64,000 bases of DNA from an uncultured delta proteobacterium (GTDB lineage Bacteria > Desulfobacterota > Syntrophobacteria > Syntrophobacterales > Syntrophobacteraceae), in contig CAWEHK010000015.1 of NCBI GenBank assembly GCA_963808625.1, positions 14,194-78,193 on the forward strand, in the 5' to 3' direction. Below the pieces are notes generated by a model. The model was given only the letters and a program-made list of their open reading frames with translations, searched no databases and was not told the DNA's origin. Position numbers and translations under genes: made by a program. Of the stretch, positions 21,463 through 32,200 are shown in pieces. Numbering within the stretch: position 1 is the stretch's first letter; the number at the start of each line of letters is the position of its first letter.

Positions 21463-22473
21463 AGTGGGTATGCACTTTACTCAACCGGCCGTGGAAGAAC
21501 AAAGACATCCGATTTCCGGCATTGATTATCCTGGAACATTCCAAGAGTTTGAGGAATGGTTTCAGCGGCGAAGAGGCCTGCCTCGAATTACATTGTCAGG
21601 CTTCGATGGCCGGAAGCTTTCTGTTGCCCCAGTTGCGGGGATATCACGGAAAGGCCCTCTATGATGGGCCGTGGTCTCTTTCTTTGCAGGAAATGTAAGC
21701 GACAAACTTCCGTTACTTCTGGAACATTGTTTCATAAAACTCACAAGCCGCTTCGAACTTGGTTTTTTGCCATGTGGTTTGTGACAAGCCAGAAGCATGG
21801 GGCCAGCGCTCTTGGCTTGCAAAGGGTTCTCGGCCTTGGAAGTTACAATACAGCGTGGACTTGGCTTCATAAACTGCGCCGTGCGGTGGTACGCCCTGGC
21901 GGGATCAATTGACCGGAGCCATTGAAATTGATGAAACTTATGTTGGAGGCGTGGGACGTAAAAGTCCGTGGCCGAGGTGCTAAGCGGAAATCGATTGTTG
22001 CCATAGCAACAGAAGTTCGGGGACGCGGTCCTGGCAGAATTCGCATGTCGGTTGTTGCCAGATGTTTCCGCGATAAGCCTTCATAAATTCCTTTCGAATA
22101 ACGTGGAAATGGGGCTGAAATCCGGACTGATGGATGGAACGGGTATAATGGCATCGAGAAATGGGTTTCAAGCATATTGTGACAAATATCTCCGCATAGT
22201 GGAGACCCTGCCCATATGGTTATGCCGCGTGTTCATCGTGTTGCATCCCTTTTAGATCGTTGGTGGCTTGGAATTCATCAAGGAGCTATAAGGCCAACAT
22301 CTTGATTATTATCTTGATGAGTTCACATTTAGGTTCAATCGACGCACATCCAAAGCCCGTGGTTTACTCTTCTATCGACTGATGGAGCAAACAGTGGATT
22401 GGTCCCTGTGTCCCGCCAAATGATCGTCGGTGGATCCACACTAGTAGATGGTTGAGCTAACTGCATACCCACT
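21463..22473 (+). mobile_element. IS1595-family insertion sequence (transposase frameshifted)
   Basis: 24-bp TIRs agtgggtatgcactttactcaacc / ggttgagctaactgcatacccact (3 mismatches), 8-bp TSD AAGATTTA at 21455-21462 and 22474-22481, Zn ribbon (CPSCG, CRKC), EIDETYVGG and YLDEFTFRFNRR. Confidence 0.95.
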
Positions 22474-22683
22474 AAGATTTATTTTGAAGGCAAATCTGTA
22501 GCGAATTCGACGGAAGCGAGATCGCTTTCAGGGAGTTGCGCAAACAATTAGGGACTGTGCAAGTGTTGATGGGGTACTATTCCCTGTGACTTTACCTCAC
22601 GGAGACAGAGGTTAGAGTGCTTGGCAATCGACACTCTCACCACCGACGATCTTTTTCACCCGAAGCCTTAGCAGGAGTCATCC

Positions 22684-24525
22684 ATGGAGAATCCCTCTGA
22701 TCAGCAATCTGTGAACGAACAGCCCTCCGGCCTTGGGCCCTCACATGGCCGCTTCAATATCAAGGATCCAGCTATTTGGACGAAGATGGTTTACCTGCTC
22801 ATTCTCGTAACTGGGGTTTATACAAGCACTCTCGTCCAGACCGACGAGGAGTTGCGAATATTATTTACCATTGGAGTTGTCATGGCTTGTGCCATTTCGA
22901 TGTATTTTTGGTGGGTAGTGGTAAAGGATTTCCACAAAGCTATAGCATTCGCACAAGATCAGAAGTCAACTTCCACGGGCCTCATCGAAAACGGAGCAAC
23001 ATTGACCTCCGTAATGCAGGTCATGGAAATTCAAAGAAACATGCAGCTTGAAAGGTTTACCGAACGAGTGGTGCTGCGATCGAACACTTTGATTATGCTT
23101 GGCATGATCGCTACGGCTTTGACCATCATCCTCGGTCTGCCCGGTATCCTTAGTTGCCCCCCGCCCGCAGCAATCAGATTGGATCGCACGGCCATCGAAG
23201 CTCCTCTGGGCGCGACGCGCGTTGATTCTGCCAAGGTTCTTAATGAGGAGATCAATAATGCAGACAAGTTAGACAATGGCTCTTCGTTGTCTGCGCCCGA
23301 TCCTGCTCTCGAACGTGTCCTTCGCTTGGCTCCCAAAGCGTTCGCATTTACGGCTCTTGCGCTTTTCTTCGCCGTTGTCATCTCTTTTTTAGGAAACTTG
23401 TTGCGAGAGGAGATTCGCGCGCGATTTTTCGACCCAATCGATCAATGGAAAACTTACCAGGATATATCCTCTGCGGTAGATGAGAATAATAAGCGTTTCG
23501 CAAAGACTTTTATTAAGGCCTTTGACAAACAGATCGGACCTAGCCTCCGCGAGATGACACTTGAATTGCAAAACCTGCCCAGTCAATTGACCGGGTCCGT
23601 GACTCTCATGCAAAAGGCCTCGGATTTGCTGGCTAAGTCAGCCCAGGGAGTAAAGGGGTCTTTCAGTGAGGTTGCTGCCGCTACCAAAGGTTATTTCGAC
23701 AAGGCTTCGTCTTTCTCCGAATCCTTGGCATCAACCAATTCCACTATGAGCAATATGACAAGCCAGCTGTCCGAGTTGCAAAGCAGGATCGAAACTCGGA
23801 TGGACGAGACGGTTGAGAAAACACTTGAACTCCAGACCCAAAACCTGGAGCTTTTGAAGCAGGAACAGGAGGCATATCGCAAGGAATTGGGCAAACTCCA
23901 GGCAACCAAGCTCGATATGATTAAACGCGAACTGGAGGAATATCGCAAGATGTTCGTTCAGGAGATCCCCAGCTTGTCCCAGGATGTCCTGGAAAAGCTT
24001 CATGCTGCAATGAAAGCGCCGTTGCAAGAAGTCGCTACAGCGGCGGCAAGAAAACTCTCCGAACTTGGTGACGACACGATCACGCGCGTAGTAACGCAAT
24101 GGAATATACATCTAAGAAACACGCAGGACACGCTGGGCAGAATAGAGAGCAGTGTGGGGCTGGTCAACAAAACGTTACGCGAACTTGGTGGCGCACTAGA
24201 ATGGGCTGCCGAGACTTGGCGGCCGCTGGCCGATACCACCGCCAACACGCTGGAGTCGCTGGCGCCCAGTTTGGAGGAGCTGACCAAAAGCGCCAATACG
24301 GCAAATAAGGCGCTTAACCCCCTTGTACTTGATCTGGAGAAGATGATCGGTCTGGCCGATGGCGGCGATGGGGAAGGGTCTTCTGCTTTCGAAAGGCTGG
24401 AGACAACAATTTTAGAAGTCAAGGCCGCGATCTACGATTTGAAAGTATTTTTGAACGAGACAGTGGCGGATGCGGCGCTGCTTGGCGAGATTACTGAGAA
24501 GCTCCGCACGATCGAACTCAACTAA
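22684..24525 (+). CDS. ZorA-like membrane protein (MotA/ExbB-like TM segments plus ~370-aa helical tail)
   Basis: Four hydrophobic segments including LIMLGMIATALTIILGL and KAFAFTALALFFAVVISFL, long helical tail, directly upstream of a MotB/OmpA protein. Confidence 0.7.
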   Translation: MENPSDQQSVNEQPSGLGPSHGRFNIKDPAIWTKMVYLLILVTGVYTSTLVQTDEELRILFTIGVVMACAISMYFWWVVVKDFHKAIAFAQDQKSTSTGLIENGATLTSVMQVMEIQRNMQLERFTERVVLRSNTLIMLGMIATALTIILGLPGILSCPPPAAIRLDRTAIEAPLGATRVDSAKVLNEEINNADKLDNGSSLSAPDPALERVLRLAPKAFAFTALALFFAVVISFLGNLLREEIRARFFDPIDQWKTYQDISSAVDENNKRFAKTFIKAFDKQIGPSLREMTLELQNLPSQLTGSVTLMQKASDLLAKSAQGVKGSFSEVAAATKGYFDKASSFSESLASTNSTMSNMTSQLSELQSRIETRMDETVEKTLELQTQNLELLKQEQEAYRKELGKLQATKLDMIKRELEEYRKMFVQEIPSLSQDVLEKLHAAMKAPLQEVATAAARKLSELGDDTITRVVTQWNIHLRNTQDTLGRIESSVGLVNKTLRELGGALEWAAETWRPLADTTANTLESLAPSLEELTKSANTANKALNPLVLDLEKMIGLADGGDGEGSSAFERLETTILEVKAAIYDLKVFLNETVADAALLGEITEKLRTIELN

Positions 24526-24564
24526 GCACCTCCATTGTCCAACTTATAAAAAGGTAAGAGTACC

Positions 24565-25479
24565 ATGTTCATAGGACGAAAAGAGGTCAATTTCTGGCCT
24601 GCATACGCTGATATGATGTTTGTGCTATTCATTCTGTCCTTTGTGATTGCGATAGGTGGCTACAGCCTGGGCAGGAAAGCTGAGGAATACCGGCAGAGGG
24701 CCTTCGCATCCGAGAAGAAAGCCATGGAGTTCAAAAAGCAACTCAAGGATAGAAACGAACCACTTACCAGAGCACAGAAGGCGGTTTCGTATTGGAAGAA
24801 CAAGGTTTCAAAACAGGAGATCGAACTCGCGAATCTGCAAATAGAAGTCGACAAATTGAAAATACGAGTCGCCGAATTGGAGCGAGGACACGAACCACCA
24901 GGGACACCAGGAGCCGCCCACTGCGGTCTTGCCGAAGACTTCGTGACAAAAGTAATGAGCGACTTGGAGAAGGCCCAGCTCGGCACGGATGTTGCTGAGC
25001 GAACAGGCTGCGGTGTAGAGTTGAAGGAAGCGCTCTTATTTGATGTCGGAAAGGCTGAGCTAACAGACAGGGCGAAGGCCACAACGGTGGTTTCTATCCT
25101 GCTTCAAAACGCGCGAAAGCTTATTGCCGAGAACTCCGAGGCACTCGACTCCATAATCATTGAGGGGCATGCTGACTGCAAGGGCACGAAGGAGGCCAAC
25201 TCCACGCTCGGTCTAGAGCGCTCTCAGGCGCTTTTCGCCATCGTCAAAGAGGTATTAAGTAGTTACGATAAGGAGACTCAATTCAAACTTGGTGCATACC
25301 TATCCAACCGTTCCTTTGGTGAGTTCCGGCCGCTTAAGGACGTGAAATGTTCGGCACAACATTACGACAAGGTAGAATGCCAGCGGAATCGTCGCGTGGA
25401 GATCACGGTCGTTGGTAGGGTGGGGACCCACAACAAACCCAATTGGGAGACTATGACCTTGACCGGCAATGACGATTGA
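24565..25479 (+). CDS. ZorB/MotB-like protein (TM Asp, coiled coil, OmpA-C-like domain)
   Basis: FWPAYADMMFVLF, LLFDVGKAEL, IIIEGHAD, SFGEFRP, NRRVEITV. Confidence 0.85.
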   Translation: MFIGRKEVNFWPAYADMMFVLFILSFVIAIGGYSLGRKAEEYRQRAFASEKKAMEFKKQLKDRNEPLTRAQKAVSYWKNKVSKQEIELANLQIEVDKLKIRVAELERGHEPPGTPGAAHCGLAEDFVTKVMSDLEKAQLGTDVAERTGCGVELKEALLFDVGKAELTDRAKATTVVSILLQNARKLIAENSEALDSIIIEGHADCKGTKEANSTLGLERSQALFAIVKEVLSSYDKETQFKLGAYLSNRSFGEFRPLKDVKCSAQHYDKVECQRNRRVEITVVGRVGTHNKPNWETMTLTGNDD

Positions 25480-25586
25480 AGCGCAAATTCAGGTAGCTTC
25501 TCGCCCCAAAGAACGTTCGATCAGCCGGTCATGACAGCATTGACAAGGAATGCGGCAATCCAGTTTCGTCGATGGTGGTTTCTTGA

Positions 25587-25703
25587 TTACTTGGCTTTTG
25601 GGCCGATGATAACTTTTCCACACTTTGGGCAGGAGACTTTCTTCCATTCATCCATCCAGAACTCATGCTTGCAGTTGCTGCATTTCACTTTTATCTCTGC
25701 CAT
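25587..25703 (-). CDS. 38-aa zinc-ribbon microprotein
   Basis: MAEIKVKCSNCKHEFWMDEWKKVSCPKCGKVIIGPKAK*; AGGA just upstream; below the ORF-track cutoff. Confidence 0.7.
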   Translation of the reverse strand: MAEIKVKCSNCKHEFWMDEWKKVSCPKCGKVIIGPKAK

Positions 25704-25937
25704 GTTTCCTAACCCCCTATTCTCGGTGAAAGAATATGACCCAACTAGGGCGACAAATATATACGGTTACCCAATCTCCCAGAAAATACCACCGCTCCAC
25801 ACAGTTCGACAATTAGCATGCCTGGTTGCCTAATCTCGCTATATTGTACAGGAAGTGCCAAATCTCGGGCACAATGCAGAAAAGCTTGTTACCCAAGGCG
25901 TTGGAGCCTATGGCAGTTAGCCTTGACTACCGATCGT

Positions 25938-27407
25938 TTACTCCGTCATAGCAGCTCTGTCTCTATATTTTATCGTATAGGTTGGATTCTCTAACATGAT
26001 GTTTTGACGAAAGAAATGTTGCAGGTTGTTCAATAGCGAAACGATCTCCCGTTTTCTTGGAGCGGAATCCGGGATGAGATGTTCAAAAAACCCCTGAGAA
26101 ACCCCTTCACCCCATTCATGAACAAGCCTTAATCGTGGAGAATCTAACTTCGGAAATTCCAGAGAGGTTTGGCAGGTGGTTCTCACCTCTATGGCCCGTC
26201 GCTCGCCATTATCAAGAAGCGGGATTTTCTTTTCTCCTCTTTCATCAACAACCGATGAAAGTCGTGGCAAAAGGGTGATCAACTGCGCGCCGGTAAATGG
26301 ATCAGGTGGCGCACTCGCCTGAACCTCGATGTTCTGGCGAGCGCGAGCAAGCTCAGCCTCGGCATCGAAAAATGTGTGAGAGTTCTCGGATAGGGCACAA
26401 GTGATAGCGTGGGATGCCTCTTGTTGATCGCAAAAGAAGTCGCAATTTGAGTCCGCTGAAAGCTCCTGAAGCGACATGCGAGGGGGGGAAGTAAGAGCAA
26501 AGACGCCTTGGGCAGCTTGGTTGTAAGTACAGAAGTCGATCTTTGAAAACTCTTCAAGCTGGGTGTTCTGGGCCTTGAAAAAATATACGGGGACGGGATC
26601 GAAACGATGCAGATATCTTGTTAGATCGCTCACGACCTTTGTCCCAAGATCGCCTTCGCGAAACATCCAGAATATGAACAACGGGGAAATATTGACTGGT
26701 GCATTGTTCTGAAACACAGGCTTCCGCAGCACAATCACGCCTGCCGAGACGTCAGGCACGTGTTTTTTCGCTAGGGGCGCTGCCACGCAACGCCCGAAGA
26801 GGGATGGCGTAAGCGAGTGCATGGGTGCTCTGACATTATCGCAAATCACTTCCTGTTGATCGAGATGATATCTCCTCAAGACCTCTCTGGGTGGGGTCTC
26901 CAAAACCAGGTCGGAGATGAGAAGGACCCCAGCAATTTTTTCATCATTGGCGAAGCGCTCTCCCATTACTTGAGCACACAAGGCCAGGTTGCTAAAATCG
27001 TCAATCATCGCCAAGGGCACGGCTTTACCATTCTTACCCATCCGGTCCGGCAGATTGGCGACACTGTTGCCGATGCCTTGGTGCCTGTAGTTGTTCACGT
27101 GCGATACGTCGCGAAGCCAAAGGCGCTCAAGGAACTCCCAGAGGGCAAAGAGGGCGCTCGCATTCTGATCACCGTGCTTATAATAAGGAGGCATCGATCT
27201 GGAAGTGTCCCAGAAGATCTGAATTTCCCTCTCTGGGAGAGAACTCTGGGAGGTCGAAAGGTCAGGTCCTGTCTGCAACGGCCGGCAGTAGCATTGTTGA
27301 TCAACCGAAGAGCTACAGGAGGCTACCGCGAAGAAAACCACAAGCATAAATGAAAGAATCGCCGTCTTAGATCCAGCTTTGCTGATCATATCCAAATTAC
27401 CGAACAT
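25938..27407 (-). CDS. Putative lipoprotein with vWA/MIDAS-like motif
   Basis: Hydrophobic signal with VASC lipobox; QIFWDTSRSM (DxSxS) and VLLISD; Cys-rich. Confidence 0.7.
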   Translation of the reverse strand: MFGNLDMISKAGSKTAILSFMLVVFFAVASCSSSVDQQCYCRPLQTGPDLSTSQSSLPEREIQIFWDTSRSMPPYYKHGDQNASALFALWEFLERLWLRDVSHVNNYRHQGIGNSVANLPDRMGKNGKAVPLAMIDDFSNLALCAQVMGERFANDEKIAGVLLISDLVLETPPREVLRRYHLDQQEVICDNVRAPMHSLTPSLFGRCVAAPLAKKHVPDVSAGVIVLRKPVFQNNAPVNISPLFIFWMFREGDLGTKVVSDLTRYLHRFDPVPVYFFKAQNTQLEEFSKIDFCTYNQAAQGVFALTSPPRMSLQELSADSNCDFFCDQQEASHAITCALSENSHTFFDAEAELARARQNIEVQASAPPDPFTGAQLITLLPRLSSVVDERGEKKIPLLDNGERRAIEVRTTCQTSLEFPKLDSPRLRLVHEWGEGVSQGFFEHLIPDSAPRKREIVSLLNNLQHFFRQNIMLENPTYTIKYRDRAAMTE

Positions 27408-28185
27408 TTGAGAGTTTACGCTGTTTACGCCTCTGCTCCCTCTCCAGCAATAGCTCCTGCACCTCCTTGAGTTCTCCTAATACCTTTTCTGGAACTGCCT
27501 TCTGTGTCTGGAGTTCTTGGAGACGCTCATAGACTCTCTGGCTGGAGAAAAAGAACACCCCTGCAAGACCTAGAATCGCCCATAACAACCATGAAGAGCT
27601 AGAGGAGGTCCCTATTGAAAGCCAGGAGTGCCCAAAAAAGTCGAGAAGAATAACCGAGATGGGCACAAAGATCAAAAGCCAAGATGTGATCTCCCCAACA
27701 ATAAATGCCCGTGCCTTGATGCTCAAGTCTCGCCTTGCAACCGTCACGTTGTTGAAAAATACCACACCTGCCAAACCCAAAATTGCCCAAACCAATAGCA
27801 AAGTAATAACAGTTTCCTCAAAAATAAAGCGTCCCCAAATCATTTCGATAACCGCAATAACAGATGGAAAAAACAGCAATAACCAACAGAGACTTTGGCC
27901 AAGAATAAAGATGAGGCGTATGCTCGGCGACCGTTCGTCTCGATCCGTCCTACCCGTGGTGAGAAGAAACACACCCAAAAGGCCCACGACTGCCGAAATC
28001 AGCAACAACGGCATGGGAATGCCTTTCAAAATCAGTGGCCCCCAAATTGTCTCAACGAGGGCAGCACCACAAGGAAAGAACAGCAGGAGCCAACACATGA
28101 CATGCCCCAAAACCAAAAGCACAGACATGCCACCTGGTGCTGCCACCTTCCACGATGAATAGGCATCTCGCTTGTCCTGCATCAT
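27397..28185 (-). CDS. Membrane protein with three internal TM-hairpin repeats and a C-terminal coiled coil
   Basis: Three copies of G-x3-(C/S)WLL(L/I)F(F/V)P...GL(L/A)GV. Confidence 0.75.
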   Translation of the reverse strand: MMQDKRDAYSSWKVAAPGGMSVLLVLGHVMCWLLLFFPCGAALVETIWGPLILKGIPMPLLLISAVVGLLGVFLLTTGRTDRDERSPSIRLIFILGQSLCWLLLFFPSVIAVIEMIWGRFIFEETVITLLLVWAILGLAGVVFFNNVTVARRDLSIKARAFIVGEITSWLLIFVPISVILLDFFGHSWLSIGTSSSSSWLLWAILGLAGVFFFSSQRVYERLQELQTQKAVPEKVLGELKEVQELLLEREQRRKQRKLSNVR

Positions 28186-28294
28186 GGGCTTAACTCTTTA
28201 ATATCTAAAGATTTACAATCAAAAGAGACCCAACTCCATGCTTTTTGGCATTCGCGTTTTGGTCGGTTGAACAAAAGGTGAGAACAACACACGT

Positions 28295-29254
28295 CTATTG
28301 AATTCTGACCCTTCCCTTCCGCAGCATAAGGCCGTTTTGGTCGGCAACTGCTGGGCTGACCAGGTCACTAATCGTTGCCACCGGCAGTTTCCTGTCGTCT
28401 TCATCATCAAAGAACTCACGGATATTGGCAAAAAAGTGATGCAACGGTACGAGTAGCACTTCGTTAGAGCCCTCTTGCCGAATTCTTGCCAGGTCGGCGT
28501 TCCCCGAGGCGGGCTCGATGGTGTACCTCGGCGGGATTCCAATGCCCTCGAAAAAGGCTCGCAGTTTGGCAATATCACCTTTGTGGTTTCCACCTTCGAA
28601 AGTCCAGAATGCTCGCCACTGCCTCACCACGATTTCTTCGAAGTTCAATTGCCGGTTACCCGATAACGGATGTGGAAATTGGGGCTTCAGTTCCGATTTC
28701 CGATGTTCTCGAACGGCCTCGGAAGCATTTTGCATCACGTTTCCGGGCAAATTGGCTTGCTTGCTAACCGAGGGGGCTGTTTCGTTTGCCGGAGGCTGCA
28801 CTTCCTCTACCGTTGCAGCCCCAACAGGGAGGGGAAGCATTCGGTAGATGCGTGATAACTGCAAGGTAAGATTGTTTGTTCTGATTCGAATTTCCTTATA
28901 GCTTTCTTCCAGCGCCAGGGTTCGGGCCTCCATAGCCACTACCGTGTCCCAAGCCGTCCCAAGCTCGGGTTTCATAGGTTCTTTATTCCCGAGTTGTCGC
29001 CGTTGTCCAATTTTCTCTTTCGCGATCCAACCGAACGCCACCCCAAGCCCTAAAGCACACCCAAAGCGAGCAAGCGAAATAGGGAGGCTCTCTGGACTTG
29101 GGAACGGCAGCAGGATGGTGAATAACACAAGCATCAACATGGCGATGCCAATAACCCAAATCCGCGTGTTTTGCTTGTGAAAGAAACTCGAGTTCGTGCT
29201 CACGATTATCCCCTCGGCTGGCTTACTTTGTGATGCTTCGAGTCCCTTTTTCAA
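28295..29254 (-). CDS. Hypothetical 2-TM membrane protein with coiled coil and soluble C-terminal domain
   Basis: 4-bp overlap with the stop of the large ORF; two TM segments, a heptad stretch, Pro-rich linker. Confidence 0.75.
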   Translation of the reverse strand: MKKGLEASQSKPAEGIIVSTNSSFFHKQNTRIWVIGIAMLMLVLFTILLPFPSPESLPISLARFGCALGLGVAFGWIAKEKIGQRRQLGNKEPMKPELGTAWDTVVAMEARTLALEESYKEIRIRTNNLTLQLSRIYRMLPLPVGAATVEEVQPPANETAPSVSKQANLPGNVMQNASEAVREHRKSELKPQFPHPLSGNRQLNFEEIVVRQWRAFWTFEGGNHKGDIAKLRAFFEGIGIPPRYTIEPASGNADLARIRQEGSNEVLLVPLHHFFANIREFFDDEDDRKLPVATISDLVSPAVADQNGLMLRKGRVRIQ

Positions 29255-32200
29255 ATGCGATTGGCCCGGGGTCGGTGCCTGAGGTATTCGACCAGGATCC
29301 TAAAGGGGCTCAACTGTAGGGACATCAAAACAGCGTCAGGCAATTCACGTAATTCTGACACCAGATCAAACTGGTCTCGGTCGTCAAACAAGTGGCGACA
29401 CAGCCGCGGAGTGGGCTGGCCTTGGTCCAATAAGAATTCAAGAGACTTTGCCGTCTTGCTCTCAATTCTGAAGGGCAGCTTCTTCTTCCATCTGTAGACA
29501 CTGCATCTCTGTCCCCGGTAAGTTTCTTCACCGTTGTCATGGTAATCGACAATATCCACAAGATTAAAAGTTTTCGGTTTTTTTCTGTAGCTGACCAAAT
29601 CAGCCTCACCCATCTGATCTGCAAGGCGACGGGCAAGCTCTGTCTTACTATCTTCGCTGATCCTGGCCCCCTTTTCTCGTGACTCGATCATCACCCGGAC
29701 CGACTGTTTGCCCTCCCTCAACAACTGATTGGCCCGGTCGTTAATGGTTGCCACATAAGGCTCTATGCTATCCTTAGTCGTTTCATTAAGCATCCAGCCC
29801 ATGCCCAAGAGGTCGATCTTCACAGGATAAACGCTGTCGATCCCGTCTTTCCCGCTCTCGATCAATTCCCCCTCTACCGCAAATGAACCCACTGCGGCGG
29901 GGCTCAAGTCCCTCCTATGACATTTCACCGCGATCGCCGCGGCCCACCGGCTGATGATCTCCCGCGCCAAGTCGTATGCGCCTTGGATTGTCGGATAAGA
30001 TTTGTCCTTGCCTGTGATAATATAGCGCATTGTCTCTTGCGGTTCATATCGAATACGATATAGGAGGGAATGCTCTGCCTTGTGGCCGAAGTCTCGATCC
30101 AGTTGACGCAACAGGTCGTCACCGCCAAACCTGAAACTCTCGGCCCACTGATGCCTTCCAAAACCTGGATAAAAACCACCCCACAGGTCGATAGAACCAC
30201 CGCCAAGGTCAGCGACCACGTAAACGTTGCCGCTGTTAGCTCCGGACGTTAGTTTCCCGGCTAGCGACTCCCATTGAAAATGGTTATCGAACTGGATGCC
30301 GGTCATGGCAGTCAAAGTGGCCGTAATTCTGTCGACATCGTCTTTAAATTTGGGGAATTGGTCCCACATCCGCAAGGGAAGGCCAAAGGTGACGCGAATC
30401 CTTTCGGGGAGTCCATGCTGAAGATCATCCTGCTCCATACCGACCCGAAGGGCCAGGCAAATCTCGATCAAATGAAGCAAGTACGATCTACGAAGCTGCA
30501 GCTGGTGGTCTTCAGACAACCCTCCCTGCGTGGTATCGAACCACTTAAACGATGTGCTGCCGCGACGGCCGCCCCAAACATCCTCATTGATCACTGATTT
30601 TTCCAGCGCATTGATCGTAAAGTCCTTCTTGTATCTCATCCCACCCAATTTTCCTGCCAAGCTAACTACCGTCGGGTTGAGCGAAGTCATTAGAGAGGGG
30701 ACGAGGGCAGATCCAGCCACATTAGGATTAGTGTTGAACGTTGGGAACCAAGTCCATGAGTCCATGGTAGTCCTCTCATCCTTGGTTACCACAAGCGTTT
30801 GATCAAGCTTGGCGGCGGTCGTGATGTTAACGCTTTTGGGACCGGCTTTTGCTGCTACCACTGTACTGTAGGTGCCAAAATCTACCCCCCACTGCTCAGG
30901 GCCAATGAGCCTGCTGACGTCTTTCATAAGTGCCACCCGAAACAAACCCACACCACGAGAGCGGTCAGTATCGTCTCGCAGCAACACTGTAAAAAACGTT
31001 GGTCTGCCGCCTCTCTGGAAAGAGAGCTCCGTTTCACTCAAATCAAACAGGGGCTGCCCAGAATAATGGTGGTGCAATAGTCTCCTTGACAACCCCTGAC
31101 TATTGCTTCCGGTCATGAACACGGCGAGGATGCTGTCCGTAGCGCTGAAATTGGCAAACGCGTAGTAGGCGTTCCATCCGTCCAGCTCGAATTTTGGCCA
31201 GAAAGCAATGGTGCATGGCTGTGGCCTTTGCTCGATCCTTACAGGCCACCTTTCCTCGTCGGGCCTACCCTTCAACTTGAACATGTAGCTGATGGTGGCC
31301 GCTGGCCCACTTATATTCTTGCTGTGCCTGGCTTCGTAGTTGATTAGGTCGGCATAAGCCGCCTTCACTGGATAGTCCGGGTAGATGGGCTCCTCGCCTT
31401 GTTGTAGCGTTACCCTGCCAGCAAGTGGAGCCACGGCGTTGAGCAACACCGCGGTGGTAGCAGGGATAATGTCAAACTCATCGGGCGTATGGATACACCA
31501 TGCCACGGTGCTCTCAGGGGTTCCCTTTTTTGTGTCAGCAAAGCAGAAACCGAATCGAAACCTTGCCACCAAATTCTTATAGAGGTCAGCCCAGACAGCG
31601 ATCCTTTTCTCGTTCCCGTTCTTTGAGAAAAAGATGAATGGTGGACACTTTTTGCTGTCACGCAGAAAATCGACTATCTTTATCACCTCAGTGGGAGTGT
31701 CCTGGGTGCTACTATCCCCAAGAGAGATATCTTTCACCGTTTGAAACCCAAATCGTAGGATCTGTTGTTTCATCTTTTGGCGATTCCGTCTACCCACCAC
31801 GGGCAAGGCCAGAGGCAGCGACGCTGAACCGTTGGACCAACGAATATTGAATAGTTGAGCCTCGTTATCGTCCAAGAGGTCGAACTCAAAGGATGGATCG
31901 TACACCCTTTCACTCGAAAGGTCGGGATGGTTCAGCAAGTATTGAAACCAGTAAGGCTTGTCACTTGAACCATGGAGGGTATCGTGCATGTCGCTCAGAA
32001 ATAGGAGCCACCCTTTAAGGGTCTTCCTGCCCTCCTGAATCCTGCGATCCGTGTCCTGAAGGTGGTCTTCAACTTTCGGCCAGTCGACGCCCGCAGAGGG
32101 GCAAAGCAGAGTCTCTGGGTCGGATACAGCCAGGAGCCCAGGAAAATCCTGGCTGTCGAGGTACAATCCAACCTGTCGCTCAAGGCGATTTGCCTCGTTA

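Noticed and set aside
25531..25833. 100-aa plus-strand ORF after the ZorB-like gene as a ZorC/E candidate
   Set aside because: No motif; it overlaps the better-supported minus-strand Zn-ribbon microgene.
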